This document shows, in pieces, positions 14,001 to 28,674 of a stretch of 64,000 nucleotides of DNA. Every line of letters starts with the position of its first letter. The first letter of the stretch is position 1. The notes under the pieces are model-generated. The model did no database searches and was not told where the DNA came from. It saw only the letters and a program-made list of their open reading frames with translations. A program made the translations under genes and the position numbers. This stretch comes from the human T2T-CHM13v2.0 reference genome, Homo sapiens: the NCBI RefSeq assembly GCF_009914755.1, contig NC_060948.1; one strand, 5' to 3'.

Positions 14001-14573
14001 ACTGGAATGTAATGTAATGAACTCGAATGTAATTGACTGGAATGGAATGTACATGAATGGAATGTAATCGAATGGAAAGCAATCCAATGGAATAGAATCT
14101 AATGCAATAAAATCGACTCAAATAGAGTAGAATGTAATGGAATGGAGTGCAGTGCAATGGAATGGAATGGAATGGAATGCAATGGAATGGAATGGAATGG
14201 AATGGAATGGGATGGAATGGTATGGAATGGATAGTAATGGACTGGAGTGAAATGGACTGGAAAAGAATGGACTCAAATTGAAAGGGCTCGAAAGGAATGG
14301 AGTCAAATGGAATGGTCTGGAATGGAATGAACACGAATGTAATGCAATCCAATGGAATGGAATCGAATGGCATGGAATATAAAGAAATGGAATCGAAGAG
14401 AATGGAAACAAATGGAATGGAATTGAATGGAATGGAATTGAATGGAATGGGAACGAATGGAGTGAAATTGTATGCAGTAGAAGAGAATAGAATTGAATGC
14501 AAGCGAAAGGAAAGGAATGGATTGGAATGGAATGGAATTCATTGGAATGGAAGGGAATGTAGTGTAATGGACA
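11020..14573 (+). repeat. DYZ1 monomer U4 (3554 bp)
   Basis: GGCC interval; private 20-bp duplication at 11841-11880. Confidence 0.93.
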
Positions 14574-17500
14574 GGCCTGGAATAAAGTGGAATGCTACGG
14601 TCTCGAATGGAATAAAAATGTATGGAATGGAATGCAATGAAACGGAATCGAATGTCATAGAATGTAATGGAATGCAAAAAAAATGGACTCCAAAATCATT
14701 GACTGGAAAGGCTGGGTGTCGAAAGGAATTGACTCCAATGGAATGGAAGTGAATAGAATCGAACTAAATCGAATGGAATGGAATTGATAGGAACGGAATG
14801 GAAAGGAATGCAATGATTTGGCATGGAATGGAATCGAATGGCATCGAATGGAATGGAATGGAATGCAATGGAATGGAATGTATTAGAATGTAATGAACTT
14901 TAATGGAATGTACTCGAATGGATTCGACTGGAATGGAATGTTCTCGAAGTGAATGGACTCCAATGGAATGGATTCGAAAGGAATGGAATCTAATGGAATG
15001 GAATTAAATGGAAATGAATCAAATTGAATAGAACGGAATTGAATTGAATGGAATCGAATGCAATGGAATCTAATGAAACGGAAAGGAAAGGAATGGAATG
15101 GATTGGAATGGAATGGGCTGGAATGGAATGGAATCGAAACGAATGGAATGGAATCGAACTGAAGAGACTGGAATGGAATGCACTGGAATGGAAGGGAATG
15201 TAATGGAAGGTTCTCGAAAAAAATGGAATCGAAAGGAATGGAATTGAATGGAACGGAATAGATTCGAATGGAATTCAATGGAATGGAATGGACTAGAGTG
15301 AAATGGAATCGAACCACAAGGAATGGACAGGAATAGAATGGTCTCGAATTGAATGGAATCGTATGGAATGGCATCAAACGGAATGGAATGGACAGCCACG
15401 GAATGGAATGCACTCGAATGCAATGGAGTCGACACTAATGGACTGGAATAGAATGGACTCGACTGGTACGGACTCCAATGGAATGGAATCGAATGGAAGG
15501 GAATCGAACGGAATGGACTCGAAGGGAAAAGACTGCAATGGAAAGGTCTCGAATGGAATGGAAATTAATGGAATGGAATGGAATCGAATGAAATGGAGTC
15601 AAAAGGAATGGAATCGAATGGCAAGAAATCGAATGTAATGGAATCGCAAGGAATTGATGTGAACGGAACGGAATGGAATGGAATCGAAAGGGATGGAATG
15701 GAATCGAATGGAAAGGACTCGAATGGAAATCACTCGAATAGAATGCAATTTAATAAAATAGGATCAAATGTAATGGAATGGAATGGAAAGGAATCGAAAC
15801 GAAAGGAATGGAGACAGATGGAATGGAATGGAACAGAGAGCAATGGTATAGAATGGAATGGAATCATCTGGAATGGAATTGAATGGAATGGAATAAGATG
15901 AAATGGAATGGAATGGAATGGAATGCCCTTGAATTAAATGGACTGGAATGGAATGGACTCGAACAGAGTGGAATGGAAAGTGTTGAAATAGAATGGAATG
16001 GACTCGTTTGGAATGGTCTAGTATGCAATGCAATCGACTGGCAGAGAATCAAGAGGAATGTAATCGAATGGAAAGGACTGGAATGCAATGGAATCGAATA
16101 GATTGGAAACGGAAAGCAAAGGAATGGAATGGAATAGTATGGAATGGAATGGAAAGGAATGGAGTGGAATAGACTAGAGTGGAATGGAATGGACTCGAAA
16201 GCAATGGACTGGAATGGAACTTTCTTGAATGGACTGGAATCAAACGGAATGGAATGCAATGCAATCAAATGGCATGGAATAAAATAGAATGAAAGAGAAT
16301 CAAACGGAATTGAATCGAATGGAATCGAATGGATTGGAAAGGAATAGAATGGAATGGAATGGAATTGACTCAAATGGAATGGACTAGAATGGAATGGATT
16401 CGAATGGAAGGCAAAGGAATGGAATCTATTGGAATGGACTGTAATGGAATGGAATGTAAGGGATTGGAATGGACTCAAATGGAATGGACTGCAATAGAAA
16501 GGATTCGAATGGAATGAAAAAGAATTGAATGGAATAAAACAGAATGGAATCAAATCGAATGAAATGGAATGGAATAGAAAGGAATGGAAAGGATTCGAAT
16601 GGAATGCAATCGAATGGAATGCAATCGAATGGAATGGAATCGAACGGAATGTAATAAAATGGAAGAAAACTGGCAAGAAATGGAATCGAAATGAATGGAG
16701 TGTTATGGAACGGACTCAAAAGGAATTGAATGTAATAGAATGGAGTGGAGTGGACTCGAATATAATGGACTGGAATGGAATGAAATCACATGGAATGGGA
16801 ACGAATGGAATGGAATGGAAAGGAATGGAATCGAATGGAAAGGAATCGAATGGAAGGGAATGAAATTGAATCAACAGGAATGGAAGGGAGTAGAATAGAC
16901 GGTAATGGAATGGACTCGAATAGAATGGACACGAATGCTCAAATTGAATGGACTCGAATGGAATGGAAATGAAAGGAATGTCATCGAATGGAATTGAATC
17001 GATTGGAATGAAATCACATAGAATGGAGTGGAATCAAATAGAATTGAATCGAAAGGAAAGGAAGCGAATGGACTGAAATGAAATGGAATGGAATTGAATG
17101 GAAATTAACGCAATGGAATAGAATGGAACGAAATTTCACGGAATGGAATCAAACTGAATGGAATCAAATCAATGGAATATAATCAAATGGAATGGAAAGG
17201 AATTGAATGGAGTAGATTGGATTGGATGGGATTGGAATGAAATGTACTGGAAAGGACTCGAATTTCATGAAACGGAATGGAATGAATTAGAACGGAATGG
17301 ACTCGAATGGAATGGAATGTCATGGAATGGCATCAAATGGAATGGAATCGAATGCGATGGAATGCTATGGAATGGAATGGAATGCATTGGAATGGAATGT
17401 CCTCTAATGGAATGTATTCGAGTGGAATGGAATCGAATATAATGGAGTCTAATGAAAGGGAATTGAAAGGAATGGGACCGAATACAATGGAATATACTGG

Positions 17501-18068
17501 AATGTAATGTAATGAACTCGAATGTAATTGACTGGAATGGAATGTACATGAATGGAATGTAATCGAATGGAAAGCAATCCAATGGAATAGAATCTAATGC
17601 AATAAAATCGACTCAAATAGAGTAGAATGTAATGGAATGGAGTGCAGTGCAATGGAATGGAATGGAATGGAATGCAATGGAATGGAATGGAATGGAATGG
17701 AATGGGATGGAATGGTATGGAATGGATAGTAATGGACTGGAGTGAAATGGACTGGAAAAGAATGGACTCAAATTGAAAGGTCTCGAAGGGAATGGAGTCA
17801 AATGGAATGGTCTGGAATGGAATGAACACGAATGTAATGCAATCCAATAGAATGGAATCGAATGGCATGGAATATAAAGAAATGGAATCGAAGAGAATGG
17901 AAACAAATGGAATGGAATTGAATGGAATGGAATTGAATGGAATGGGAACGAATGGAGTGAAATTGTATGCAGTAGAAGAGAATAGAATGGAATGCAAGCG
18001 AAAGGAAAGGAATGGATTGGAATGGAATGGAATTCATTGGAATGGAAGGGAATGTAGTGTAATGGACA
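14574..18068 (+). repeat. DYZ1 monomer U5 (3495 bp, shortest)
   Basis: GGCC interval; A8 instead of A7 at ~14676-14683 and several 10-15 bp deletions. Confidence 0.93.
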
Positions 18069-21000
18069 GGCCTGGAATAAAGTGGAATGCTACGGTCTCG
18101 AATGGAATAAAAATGTATGGAATGGAATGCAATGAAACGGAATCGAATGTCATAGAATGTAATGGAATGCAAAAAAATGGACTCCAAAATCATTGACTGG
18201 AAAGGCTGGGTGTCGAAAGGAATTGACTCCAATGCAATGGAATCGAATGGAATGGAAGTGAATAGAATGGAACTAAATCGAATGGAATGGAATTGATAGG
18301 AACGGAATGGAAAGGAATGCAATGATTTGGCATGGAATGGAATCGAATGGCATCGAATGGAATGGAATGGAATGCAATGGAATGGAATGTATTAGAATGT
18401 AATGAACTTTAATGGAATGTACTCGAATGGATTCGACTGGAATGGAATGTTCTTGAAGTGAATGGACTCCAATTGAATGGATTCGAAAGGAATGGAATCT
18501 AATGGAATGGAATTAAATGGAAATGAATCAAATTGAATAGAACGGAATTGAATTGAATGGAATCGAATGCAATGGAATCTAATGAAACGGAAAGGAAAGG
18601 AATGGAATGGATTGGAATGGAATGGGCTGGAATGGAATGGAATCGAAACGAATGGAATGGAATCGAACTGAAGAGACTGGAATGGAATGCACTGGAATGG
18701 AAGGGAATGTAATGGAAGGTTCTCGAAAAAAATGGAATCGAAAGGAATGGAATTGAATGGAACGGAATAGAGTCGAATGGAATTCAATGGAATGGAATGG
18801 ACTAGAGTGAAATGGAATCGAACCACAAGGAATGGACAGGAATAGAATGGTCTCGAATTGAATGGAATCGTATGGAATGGCATCAAACGGAATGGAATGG
18901 ACAGCCACGGAATGGAATGCACTCGAATGCAATGGAGTCGACACTAATGGACTGGAATAGAATGGACTCGACTGGTACGGACTCCAATGGAATGGAATCG
19001 AATGGAAGGGAATCGAACGGAATGGACTCGAAGGGAAAAGACTGCAATGGAAAGGTCTCGAATGGAATGGAAATTAATGGAATGGAATGGAATCGAATGA
19101 AATGGAGTCAAAAGGAATGGAATCGAATGGCAAGAAATCGAATGTAATGGAATCGCAAGGAATTGATGTGAACGGAACGGAATGGAATGGAATCGAAAGG
19201 GATGGAATGGAATCGAATGGAAAGGACTCGAATGGAAATCACTCGAATAGAATGCAATTTAATAAAATAGGATCAAATGTAATGGAATGGAATGGAAAGG
19301 AATCGAAACGAAAGGAATGGAGACAGATGGAATGGAATGGAACAGAGAGCAATGGTATAGAATGGAATGGAATCATCTGGAATGGAATTGAATGGAATGG
19401 AATAAGATGAAATGGAATGGAATGGAATGGAATGCCCTTGAATTAAATGGACTGGAATGGAATGGACTCGAACAGAGTGGAATGGAAAGTGTTGAAATAG
19501 AATGGAATGGACTCCTTTGGAATGGTCTAGTATGCAATGCAATCGACTGGCAGAGAATCAAGAGGAATGTAATCGAATGGAAAGGACTGGAATGCAATGG
19601 AATCGAATAGATTGGAAACGGAAAGCAAAGGAATGGAATGGAATAGTATGGAATGGAATGGAAAGGAATGGAGTGGAATAGACTAGAGTGGAATGGAATG
19701 GACTCGAAAGCAATGGACTGGAATGGAACTTTCTTGAATGTACTGGAATCAAACGGAATGGAATGCAATGCAATCAAATGGCATGGAATAAAATAGAATG
19801 AAAGAGAATCAAACGGAATTGAATCGAATGGAATCGAATGGATTGGAAAGGAATAGAATGGAATGGAATGGAATTGACTCAAATGGAATGGACTAGAATG
19901 GAATGGATTCGAATGGAAGGCAAAGGAATGGAATCTATTGGAATGGACTGTAATGGAATGGAATGTAAGGGATTGGAATGGACTCAAATGGAATGGACTG
20001 CAATAGAAAGGATTCGAATGGAATGAAAAAGAATTGAATGGAATAAAACAGAATGGAATCAAATCGAATGAAATGGAATGGAATAGAAAGGAATGGAAAG
20101 GATTCGAATGGAATGCAATCGAATGGAATGCAATCGAATGGAATGGAATCGAACGGAATGTAATAAAATGGAAGAAAACTGGCAAGAAATGGAATCGAAA
20201 TGAATGGAGTGTTATGGAACGGACTCAAAAGGAATTGAATGTAATAGAATGGAGTGGAGTGGACTCGAATATAATGGACTGGAATGGAATGAAATCACAT
20301 GGAATGGGAACGAATGGAATGGAATGGAAAGGAATGGAATCGAATGGAAAGGAATCGAATGGAAGGGAATGAAATTGAATCAACAGGAATGGAAGGGAGT
20401 AGAATAGACGGTAATGGAATGGACTCGAATAGAATGGACACGAATGCTCAAATTGAATGGACTCGAATGGAATGGAAACGAAAGGAATGTCATCGAATGG
20501 AATTGAATCGATTGGAATGAAATCACATAGAATGGAGTGGAATCAAATAGAATTGAATCGAAAGGAAAGGAAGCGAATGGACTGAAATGAAATGGAATGG
20601 AATTGAATGGAAATTAATGCAATGGAATAGAATGGAACGAAACTTCACGGAATGGAATCAAACTGAATGGAATCAAATCAATGGAATATAATCAAATGGA
20701 ATGGAAAGGAATTGAATGGAGTAGATTGGATTGGATGGGATTGGAATGAAATGCACTGGAAAGGACTCGAATTTCATGAAACGGAATGGAATGAATTGGA
20801 ACGGAATGGACTCGAATGGAATGGAATGTCACGGAATGGCATCAAATGGAATGGCATCAAATGGAATGGAATAGAATGCAATGGATTGCTATGGAATGGA
20901 ATGGAATGCATTGGAATGGAATGTCCTCTAATGGAATGGATTCGAGTGGAATGGAATCGAATATAATGGAGTCGAATGAAATGGAATTGAAAGGAATGGG

Positions 21001-21602
21001 ATCGAATACCATGTAATATACTGGAATGTAATGTAATGAACTCGAATGTAATTGACTGGAATGGAATGTACATGAATGGAATGTAATCGAATGGAAAGTA
21101 ATCCAATGGAATAGAATCTAATGCAATAAAATCGACTCAAATAGAATAGAATGTAATGGAATGGAGTGCAGTGCAATGGAATGGAATGGAATGGAATGCA
21201 ATGGAATGGAATGGAATGGAATGGAATGGAATGGAATGGGATGGAATGGTATGGAATGGATAGTAATGGACTGGAGTGAAATGGACTGGAAAAGAATGGA
21301 CTCAAATTGAAAGGGCTCGAAAGGAATGGAGTCAAATGGAATGGTCTGGAATGGAATGAATACGAATGTAATGCAATCCAATAGAATGGAATCGAATGGC
21401 ATGGAATATAAAGAATTGGAATCGAAGAGAATGGAAACAAATGGAATGGAATTGAATGGAATGGAATTGAATGGAATGGGAACGAATGGAGTGAAATTGT
21501 ATGCAGTAGAAGAGAATAGAATGGAATGCAAGCGAAAGGAAAGGAATGGATTGGAATGGAATGGAATTCATTGGAATGGAAGGGAATGTAGTGTAATGGA
21601 CA
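18069..21602 (+). repeat. DYZ1 monomer U6 (3534 bp)
   Basis: GGCC interval; first ~2.6 kb is a near-copy of U5. Confidence 0.93.
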
Positions 21603-24600
21603 GGCCTGGAATAAAGTGGAATGCTACGGTCTCGAATGGAATAAAAATGTATGGAATAGAATGCAATGAAACGGAATCGAATGTCATAGAATGTAATGGA
21701 ATGCAAAAAAATGGACTCCAAAATCATTGACTGGAAAGGCTGGGTGTCGAAAGGAATTGCCTCCAATGGAATGGAATCGAATGGAATGGAAGTGAATAGA
21801 ATGGAACTAAATCGAATGGAATGGAATTGATAGGAACGGAATGGAAAGGAATGCAATGATTTGGCATGGAATGGAATCGAATGGCATCGAATGGAATGGA
21901 ATGGAATGCAATTGAATGGAATGTATTAGAATGTAATGAACTTTAATGTAATGTACTCGAATGGATTCGACTGGAATGGAATGTTCTCGAAGTGAATGGA
22001 CTCCAATGGAATGGATTCGAAAGGAATGGAATCTAATGGAATGGAATTAAATGGAAATGAATCAAATTGAATAGAACGGAATTGAATGGAATGGAATCGA
22101 ATGCAATGGAATCTAATGAAACGGAAAGGAAAGGAATGGAATGGAATGGAATGGGCTGGAATTGAATGGAATCGAAACGAATGGAATGGAGTCGAACTGA
22201 AGAGACTGAAATGGAATGCACTGGAATGGAAGGGAGTGTAATGGAAGGTTCTCGAAAAAAATGGAATCGAAAGGAATGGAATTGAATGGAACGGAATAGA
22301 GTCGAATGGAATTCAATGGAATGGAATGGACTAGAGTGAAATGGAATCGAACCACAAGGAATGGACAGGAACAGAATGGTCTCGAATTGAATGGAATCGT
22401 ATGGAATGGCATCAAACGGAATGGAATGGACAGCCACGGAATGGAATGCACTTGAATGCAATGGAGTCGACACTAATGGACTGGAATAGAATGGACTCGA
22501 CTGGTACGGACTCCAATGGAATGGAATCGAATGGAAGGGAATGGAACGGAATGGACTCGAAGGGAAAAGACTGCAATGGAAAGGTCTCGAATGGAATGGA
22601 AATTAATGGAATGGAATGGAATCGAATGAAATTGAGTCAAAAGGAATGGAATCGAATGGCAAGAAATCGAATGTAATGGAATCGCAAGGAATTGATGTGA
22701 ACGGAACGGAATCGAATGGAATCCAAAGGAATGGAATAGAATGGAATGGAATCGAATGGAAAGGACTCGAATGGAAATCACTCGAATAGAATGCAATTTA
22801 ATAAAATAGGATCAAATGTAATGGAATGGAATGGAAAGGAATCGAAACGAAAGGAATGGAGACAGATGGAATGGAATGGAACAGAGAGCAATGGTATAGA
22901 ATGGAATGGAATCATCTGGAATGGAATTGAATGGAATGGAATAATATGAAATGGAATGGAATGGAATGGAATGCCCTTGAATTAAATGGACTGGAATGGA
23001 ATGGACTCAAACAGAGTGGAATGGAAAGTGTTGAAATAGAATGGAATGGACTCGTTTGGAATGGTCTAGTATGCAATGCAATCGACTGGCAGGGAATCAA
23101 GAGGAATGTAATCGAATGGATTGGACTGGAATGCAATGGACTCGAATAGATTGGAAACGGAATGCAAAGGAATGGAATGGAATAGTATGGAATGGAATGG
23201 AAAGGAATGGAGTGGAATAGACTAGAGTGGAATGGAATGGACTCGAAAGCAATGGACTGGAATGGAACTTTCTTGAATGGACTGGAATCAAACGGAATGG
23301 AATGCAATGCAATCAAATGGCATGGAATAAAATAGAATGAAAGAGAATCAAATGGAATTGAATCGAATGGAATCGAATGGATTGGAAAGGAATAGAATGG
23401 AATGGAATGGAATTGACTCAAATGCAATGGACTAGAATGGAATGGATTCGAATGGAAGGCAAAGGAATGGAATCTATTGGAATGGACTGTAATGGAATGG
23501 AATGGAAGGGATTGGAATGGACTCGAATGGAATGGACTGCAATAGAAAGGATTCGAATGGAATGAAAAAGAATTGAATGGAATAGAACAGAATGGAATCA
23601 AATCGAATGAAATGGAATGGAAGAGAAAGGAATGGAATGAAATGGAATGGAAAGGATTCGAATGGAATGCAATCGAATGGAATGCAATCGAATGGAATGG
23701 AATCGAACGGAATGGAATAAAATGGAAGAAAACTGGCAAGAAATGGAATCGAAATGAATGGAGTGTTATGGAACGGACTCAAAAGGAATTGAATGTAATA
23801 GAATGGAGTGGAGTGGACTCGAATATAATGGACTGGAATGGAATGAAATCACATGGAATGGGAACGAATGGAATGGAATGGAAAGGAATGGAATGGAAAG
23901 GAATGGAATCGAATGGAAAGGAATCGAATGGAAGGGAATGAAATTGAATCAACAGGAATGGAAGGAAGTAGAATAGACGGTAATGGAATGGACTCGAATA
24001 GAATGGACACGAATGCTCAAATTGAATGGACTCGAATGGAATGGAAACGAAAGGAATGTCGTCGAATGGAATTGAATCGATTGGAATGAAATCGCATAGA
24101 ATGGAGTGGAATCAAATGGAATTGAATCGAAAGGAAAGGAAGCGAATGGTCTGAAATGAAATGGAATGGAATTGAATGGAAAGTAATGCAAGGGAATAGA
24201 ATGGAACGAAATTTCACGGAATGGAATCAAACTGAATGGAATCAAATCAATGGAATATAATCAAATGGCATGGAAAGGAATTGAATGGAGTAGATTGGAT
24301 TGGATGGGATTGGAATGAAATGTACTGGAAAGGACTCGAATTTCATGAAATGGAATGGAATGAACTGGAACGGAATGGACTCGAATGGAATGGAATGTCA
24401 TGGAATGGCATCAAATGGAATGGCATCAAATGGAATGGAATCGAATGCAATGGAATGTTATGGAATGGAATGGAATGCATTGGAATGGAATGTCCCCTAA
24501 TGGAATGGATTCGAGTGGAATGGAATCGAATATAATGGAGTCGAATGAAATGGAATTGAAAGGAAAGGGATCGAATACAATGGAATATACTGGAATGTAA

Positions 24601-25150
24601 TGTAATGAACTCGAATGTAATTGACTAGAATGGAATGTACATGAATGGAATGTAATCGAATGGAAAATAATCTCATGGAATAGAATCTAATGCAATAAAA
24701 TCGACTCAAATAGAATAGAATGGAATGGAATGGAGTGCAGTGCAATGGAATGGAATGGAATGGAATGCAATGGAATGGAATGGAATGGGATGGAATGGTA
24801 TGGGATGGATAGAAATGGACTGGAGTGAAATGGACTGGAAAGTAATGGACTCAAATTGAAAGAGCTCGAAAGAATGGAGTCAAATGGAATGGTCTGGAAT
24901 GGAATGAACACGAATGTAATGCAATCCAATAGAAAGGAATCGAATGGCATGGAATATAAAGAAATGGAATCGAAGAGAATGGAAACGAATGGAATGGAAT
25001 TGAATGGAATGGAATTGAATGGAATGGGAACGAATGGAGTGAAATTGTATGCAGTAGAAGAGAATAGAATGGAATGCAAGCGAAATTAAAGGAATGGATT
25101 GGAATGGAATGGAATTCATTGGAATGGAAGGGAATGTATTGCAATGGACA
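21603..25150 (+). repeat. DYZ1 monomer U7 (3548 bp)
   Basis: GGCC interval; SacI GAGCTC at 24862 with an adjacent 1-bp deletion. Confidence 0.93.
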
Positions 25151-28100
25151 GGCCTTTAATAAAGTGGAATGCTACGGTCTCGAATGGAATAAAAATGTAT
25201 GGAATGGAATTCAATGAAACGGAATCGAATGTCATAGAATGTAATGGAATGCAAAAAAATGGAATCCAAAATCATTGACTGGAAAGGCTGGGTGTCGAAA
25301 GGAATTGACTCCAATGGAATGAAATCGAATGGAATGGAAGTGAATAGAATCGAAGTAAATCGAATGGAATGGAATTGTTAGGAACGGAATGGAAAGGAGT
25401 GCAATGATTTGGCATGGAATGGAATCGAATGGCATTGAATGAAGTGGAATGGAATGCAATGGAATGGAATGTATTAGAATGTAATGAACATTAATGGAAT
25501 GTACTCGAATGGATTCGACTGGAATGGAATGTTCTGGAAGTGAATGGACTCCAATGGAATGGATTCGAAAGGAATGGAAACTAATGGAATGGAATTAAAT
25601 GGAAACGAATCAAATTGAATAGCACGGAATTGAATTGAATGGAATCGAATGCAATGGAATCTAATGAAATGGAAAGGAAAGGAATGGAATGGAATGGAAT
25701 GGGCTGGAGTTGAATGGAATCGATACGAATGGAATGGAATAGAACTGAAGAGACTGGAATGGAATTCACTGGAATGGAAGGGAGTGTAATGGAAGGATCT
25801 CGAAAAAAATGGAATCGAATGGAATGGAATTGAATGGAACGGAATAGAGTTGAATGGAATTCAATGGAATTGAATGGACTAGAGTGAAATGGAATCGAAC
25901 CACAAGGAATGGAGAGGAATAGAATGGTCTCGAATTGAATGGAATCGTATGGAATGACATCAAACGGAATGGAATGGACAGCCACGGAATGGAATGCACT
26001 CGAATGCAATGGAGTCGAAACTAATGGACTGGAATAGAATGGACTCGACTGGTACGGACTCCAATGGAATGGAATCGAAAGGAAGGGAATCGAACGGAAT
26101 GGACTCGAAGGGAAAAGACTGCAATGGAAAGGTCTCGAATGGAATGGAAATTAATGGAATGGAATGGAATCGAATGAAATGGAGTCAAAAGGAATGGAAT
26201 CGAATGGCAAGAAATCGAATGTAATGGAATCGCAAGGAATTGATGTGAACGGAACGGAATGGAATGGAATCCAAAGGAATGGAATAGAATGGAATGGAAT
26301 CGAATGGAAAGGACTCGAATGGAAATCACTCGAATAGAATGCAATTTAATAAAATAGGATCAAATGTAATGGAATGGAATGGAAAGGAATCGAAACGAAA
26401 GGAATGGAGACAGATGGAATGGAATGGAACAGAGAGCAATGGTATAGAATGGAATGGAATCATCTGGAATGGAATTGAATGGAATGGAATAACATGAAAT
26501 GGAATGGAATGGAATGGAATGCCCTTGAATTAAATGGACTGGAATGGAATGGACTCGAACAGAGTGTAATGGAAAGTGTTGAAATAGAATGGAATGGACT
26601 CCTTTGGAATGGTCTAGTATGCAATGCAATCGACTGGCAGGGAATCAAAAGGAATGTAATCGAATGGATTGGACTGGAATGCAATGGACTCGAATAGATT
26701 GGAAACGGAATGCAAAGGAATGGAATGGAATAGTATGGAATGGAATGGAAAGGAATGGAGTGGAATAGACTAGAGTGGAATGGAATGGACTGGAAAGCAA
26801 TGGACTGGAATGGAACTTTCTTGAATGGACTGGAATCAAACGGAATGGAATGCAATGCAATCAAATGGCATGGAATAAAATGGAATGAAAGGGAATCAAA
26901 TGGAATTGAATCGAATGGAATCGAATGGATTGGAAAGGAATAGAATGGAATGGAATGGAATTGACTCAAATGGAATGGACTAGAATGGAATGGATTCGAA
27001 TGGAAGGCAAAGGAATGGAATCTATTGGAATGGACTGTAATGGAATGGAATGGAAGGGATTGGAATGGACTCGAATGGAATGGACTGCAATAGAAAGGAT
27101 TCGAATGGAATGAAAAAGAATTGAATGGAATAGAACAGAATGGAATCAAATAGAATGAAATGGAATGGAATAGAAAGGAATGGAATGAAATGGAATGGAA
27201 AGGATTCGAATGGAATGCAATCGAATGGAATGGAATCGAACGGAATGGAATAAAATGGAAGAAAACTGGCAAGAAATGGAATCGAAATGAATGGAGTGTT
27301 ATGGAACGGACTCAAAAGGAATTGAATGTAATAGAATGGAGTGGAGTGGACTCGAATATAATGGACTGGAATGGAATGAAATCACATGGAATGGGAACGA
27401 ATGGAATGGAATGGAAAGGAATGGAATCGAATGGAAAGGAATCGAATGGAAGGGAATGAAATTGAATCAACAGGAATGGAAGGGAATAGAATAGACGGTA
27501 ATGGAATGGACTCGAATAGAATGGACACGAATGCTCAAATTGAATGGACTCGAATGGAATGGAAACGAAAGGAATGTCATCGAATGGAATTGAATCGATT
27601 GGAATGAAATCGCATAGAATGGAGTGGAATCAAATGGAATTGAATCGAAAGGAAAGGAAGCGAATGGACTGAAATGAAATGGAATGGAATTGAATGGAAA
27701 GTAATGCAATGGAATAGAATGGAACGAAATTTCACGGAATGGAATCAAATCAATGGAATCAAATCAAATGGAATGGAAAGGAATAGAATGGAGTAGATTG
27801 GATTGGATGGGATTGGAATGAAATGTACTGGAAAGGACTCGAATTTCATGAAACGGAATGGAATGAATTGGAACGGAATGGACTCGAATGGAATGGAATG
27901 TCATGGAATGGCATCAAATGGAATGGCATCAAATGGAATGGAATCGAATGCAATGGAATGCTATGGAATGGAATGGAATGCATTGGAATGGAATGTCCTC
28001 TAATGGAATGGATTCGAGTGGAATGGAATCGAATATAATGGAGTCGAATGAAATGGAATTCAAAGGAATGGGATCGAATACAATGGAATATACTGGAATG

Positions 28101-28674
28101 TAATGTAATGAACTCGAATGTAATTGACTGGAATGGAATGTACATGAATGGAATGTAATCGAATGGAAAGTAATCCAATGGAATAGAATCTAATGCAATA
28201 AAATCGACTCAGATAGAGTAGAATGTAATGGAATGGAGTGCAGTGCAATGGAATGGAATGGAATGGAATGCAATGGAATGGAATGGAATGGAATGGAATG
28301 GGATGGAATGGGATGGAATGGTATGGAATGGATAGTAATGGACTGGAGTGAAATGGACTGGAAAGGAATGGACTCAAATTGAAAGGGCTCGAAAGGAATG
28401 GAGTCAAATGGAATGGTCTGGAATGGAATGAACACGAATGTAATGCAATCCAATAGAATGGAATCGAATGGCATGGAATATAAAGAAATGGAATCGAAGA
28501 GAATGGAAACAAATGGAATGGAATTGAATGGAATGGAATTGAATGGAATGGGAACGAATGGAGTGAAATTGTATGCAGTAGAAGAGAATAGAATGGAATG
28601 CAAGCGAAAGGAAAGGAATGGATTGGAATGGAATGGAATTCATTGGAATGGAAGGGAATGTAGTGTAATGGACA
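25151..28674 (+). repeat. DYZ1 monomer U8 (3524 bp, divergent GGCCTTTAAT type)
   Basis: GGCC interval; many private substitutions in the first ~0.8 kb. Confidence 0.93.
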
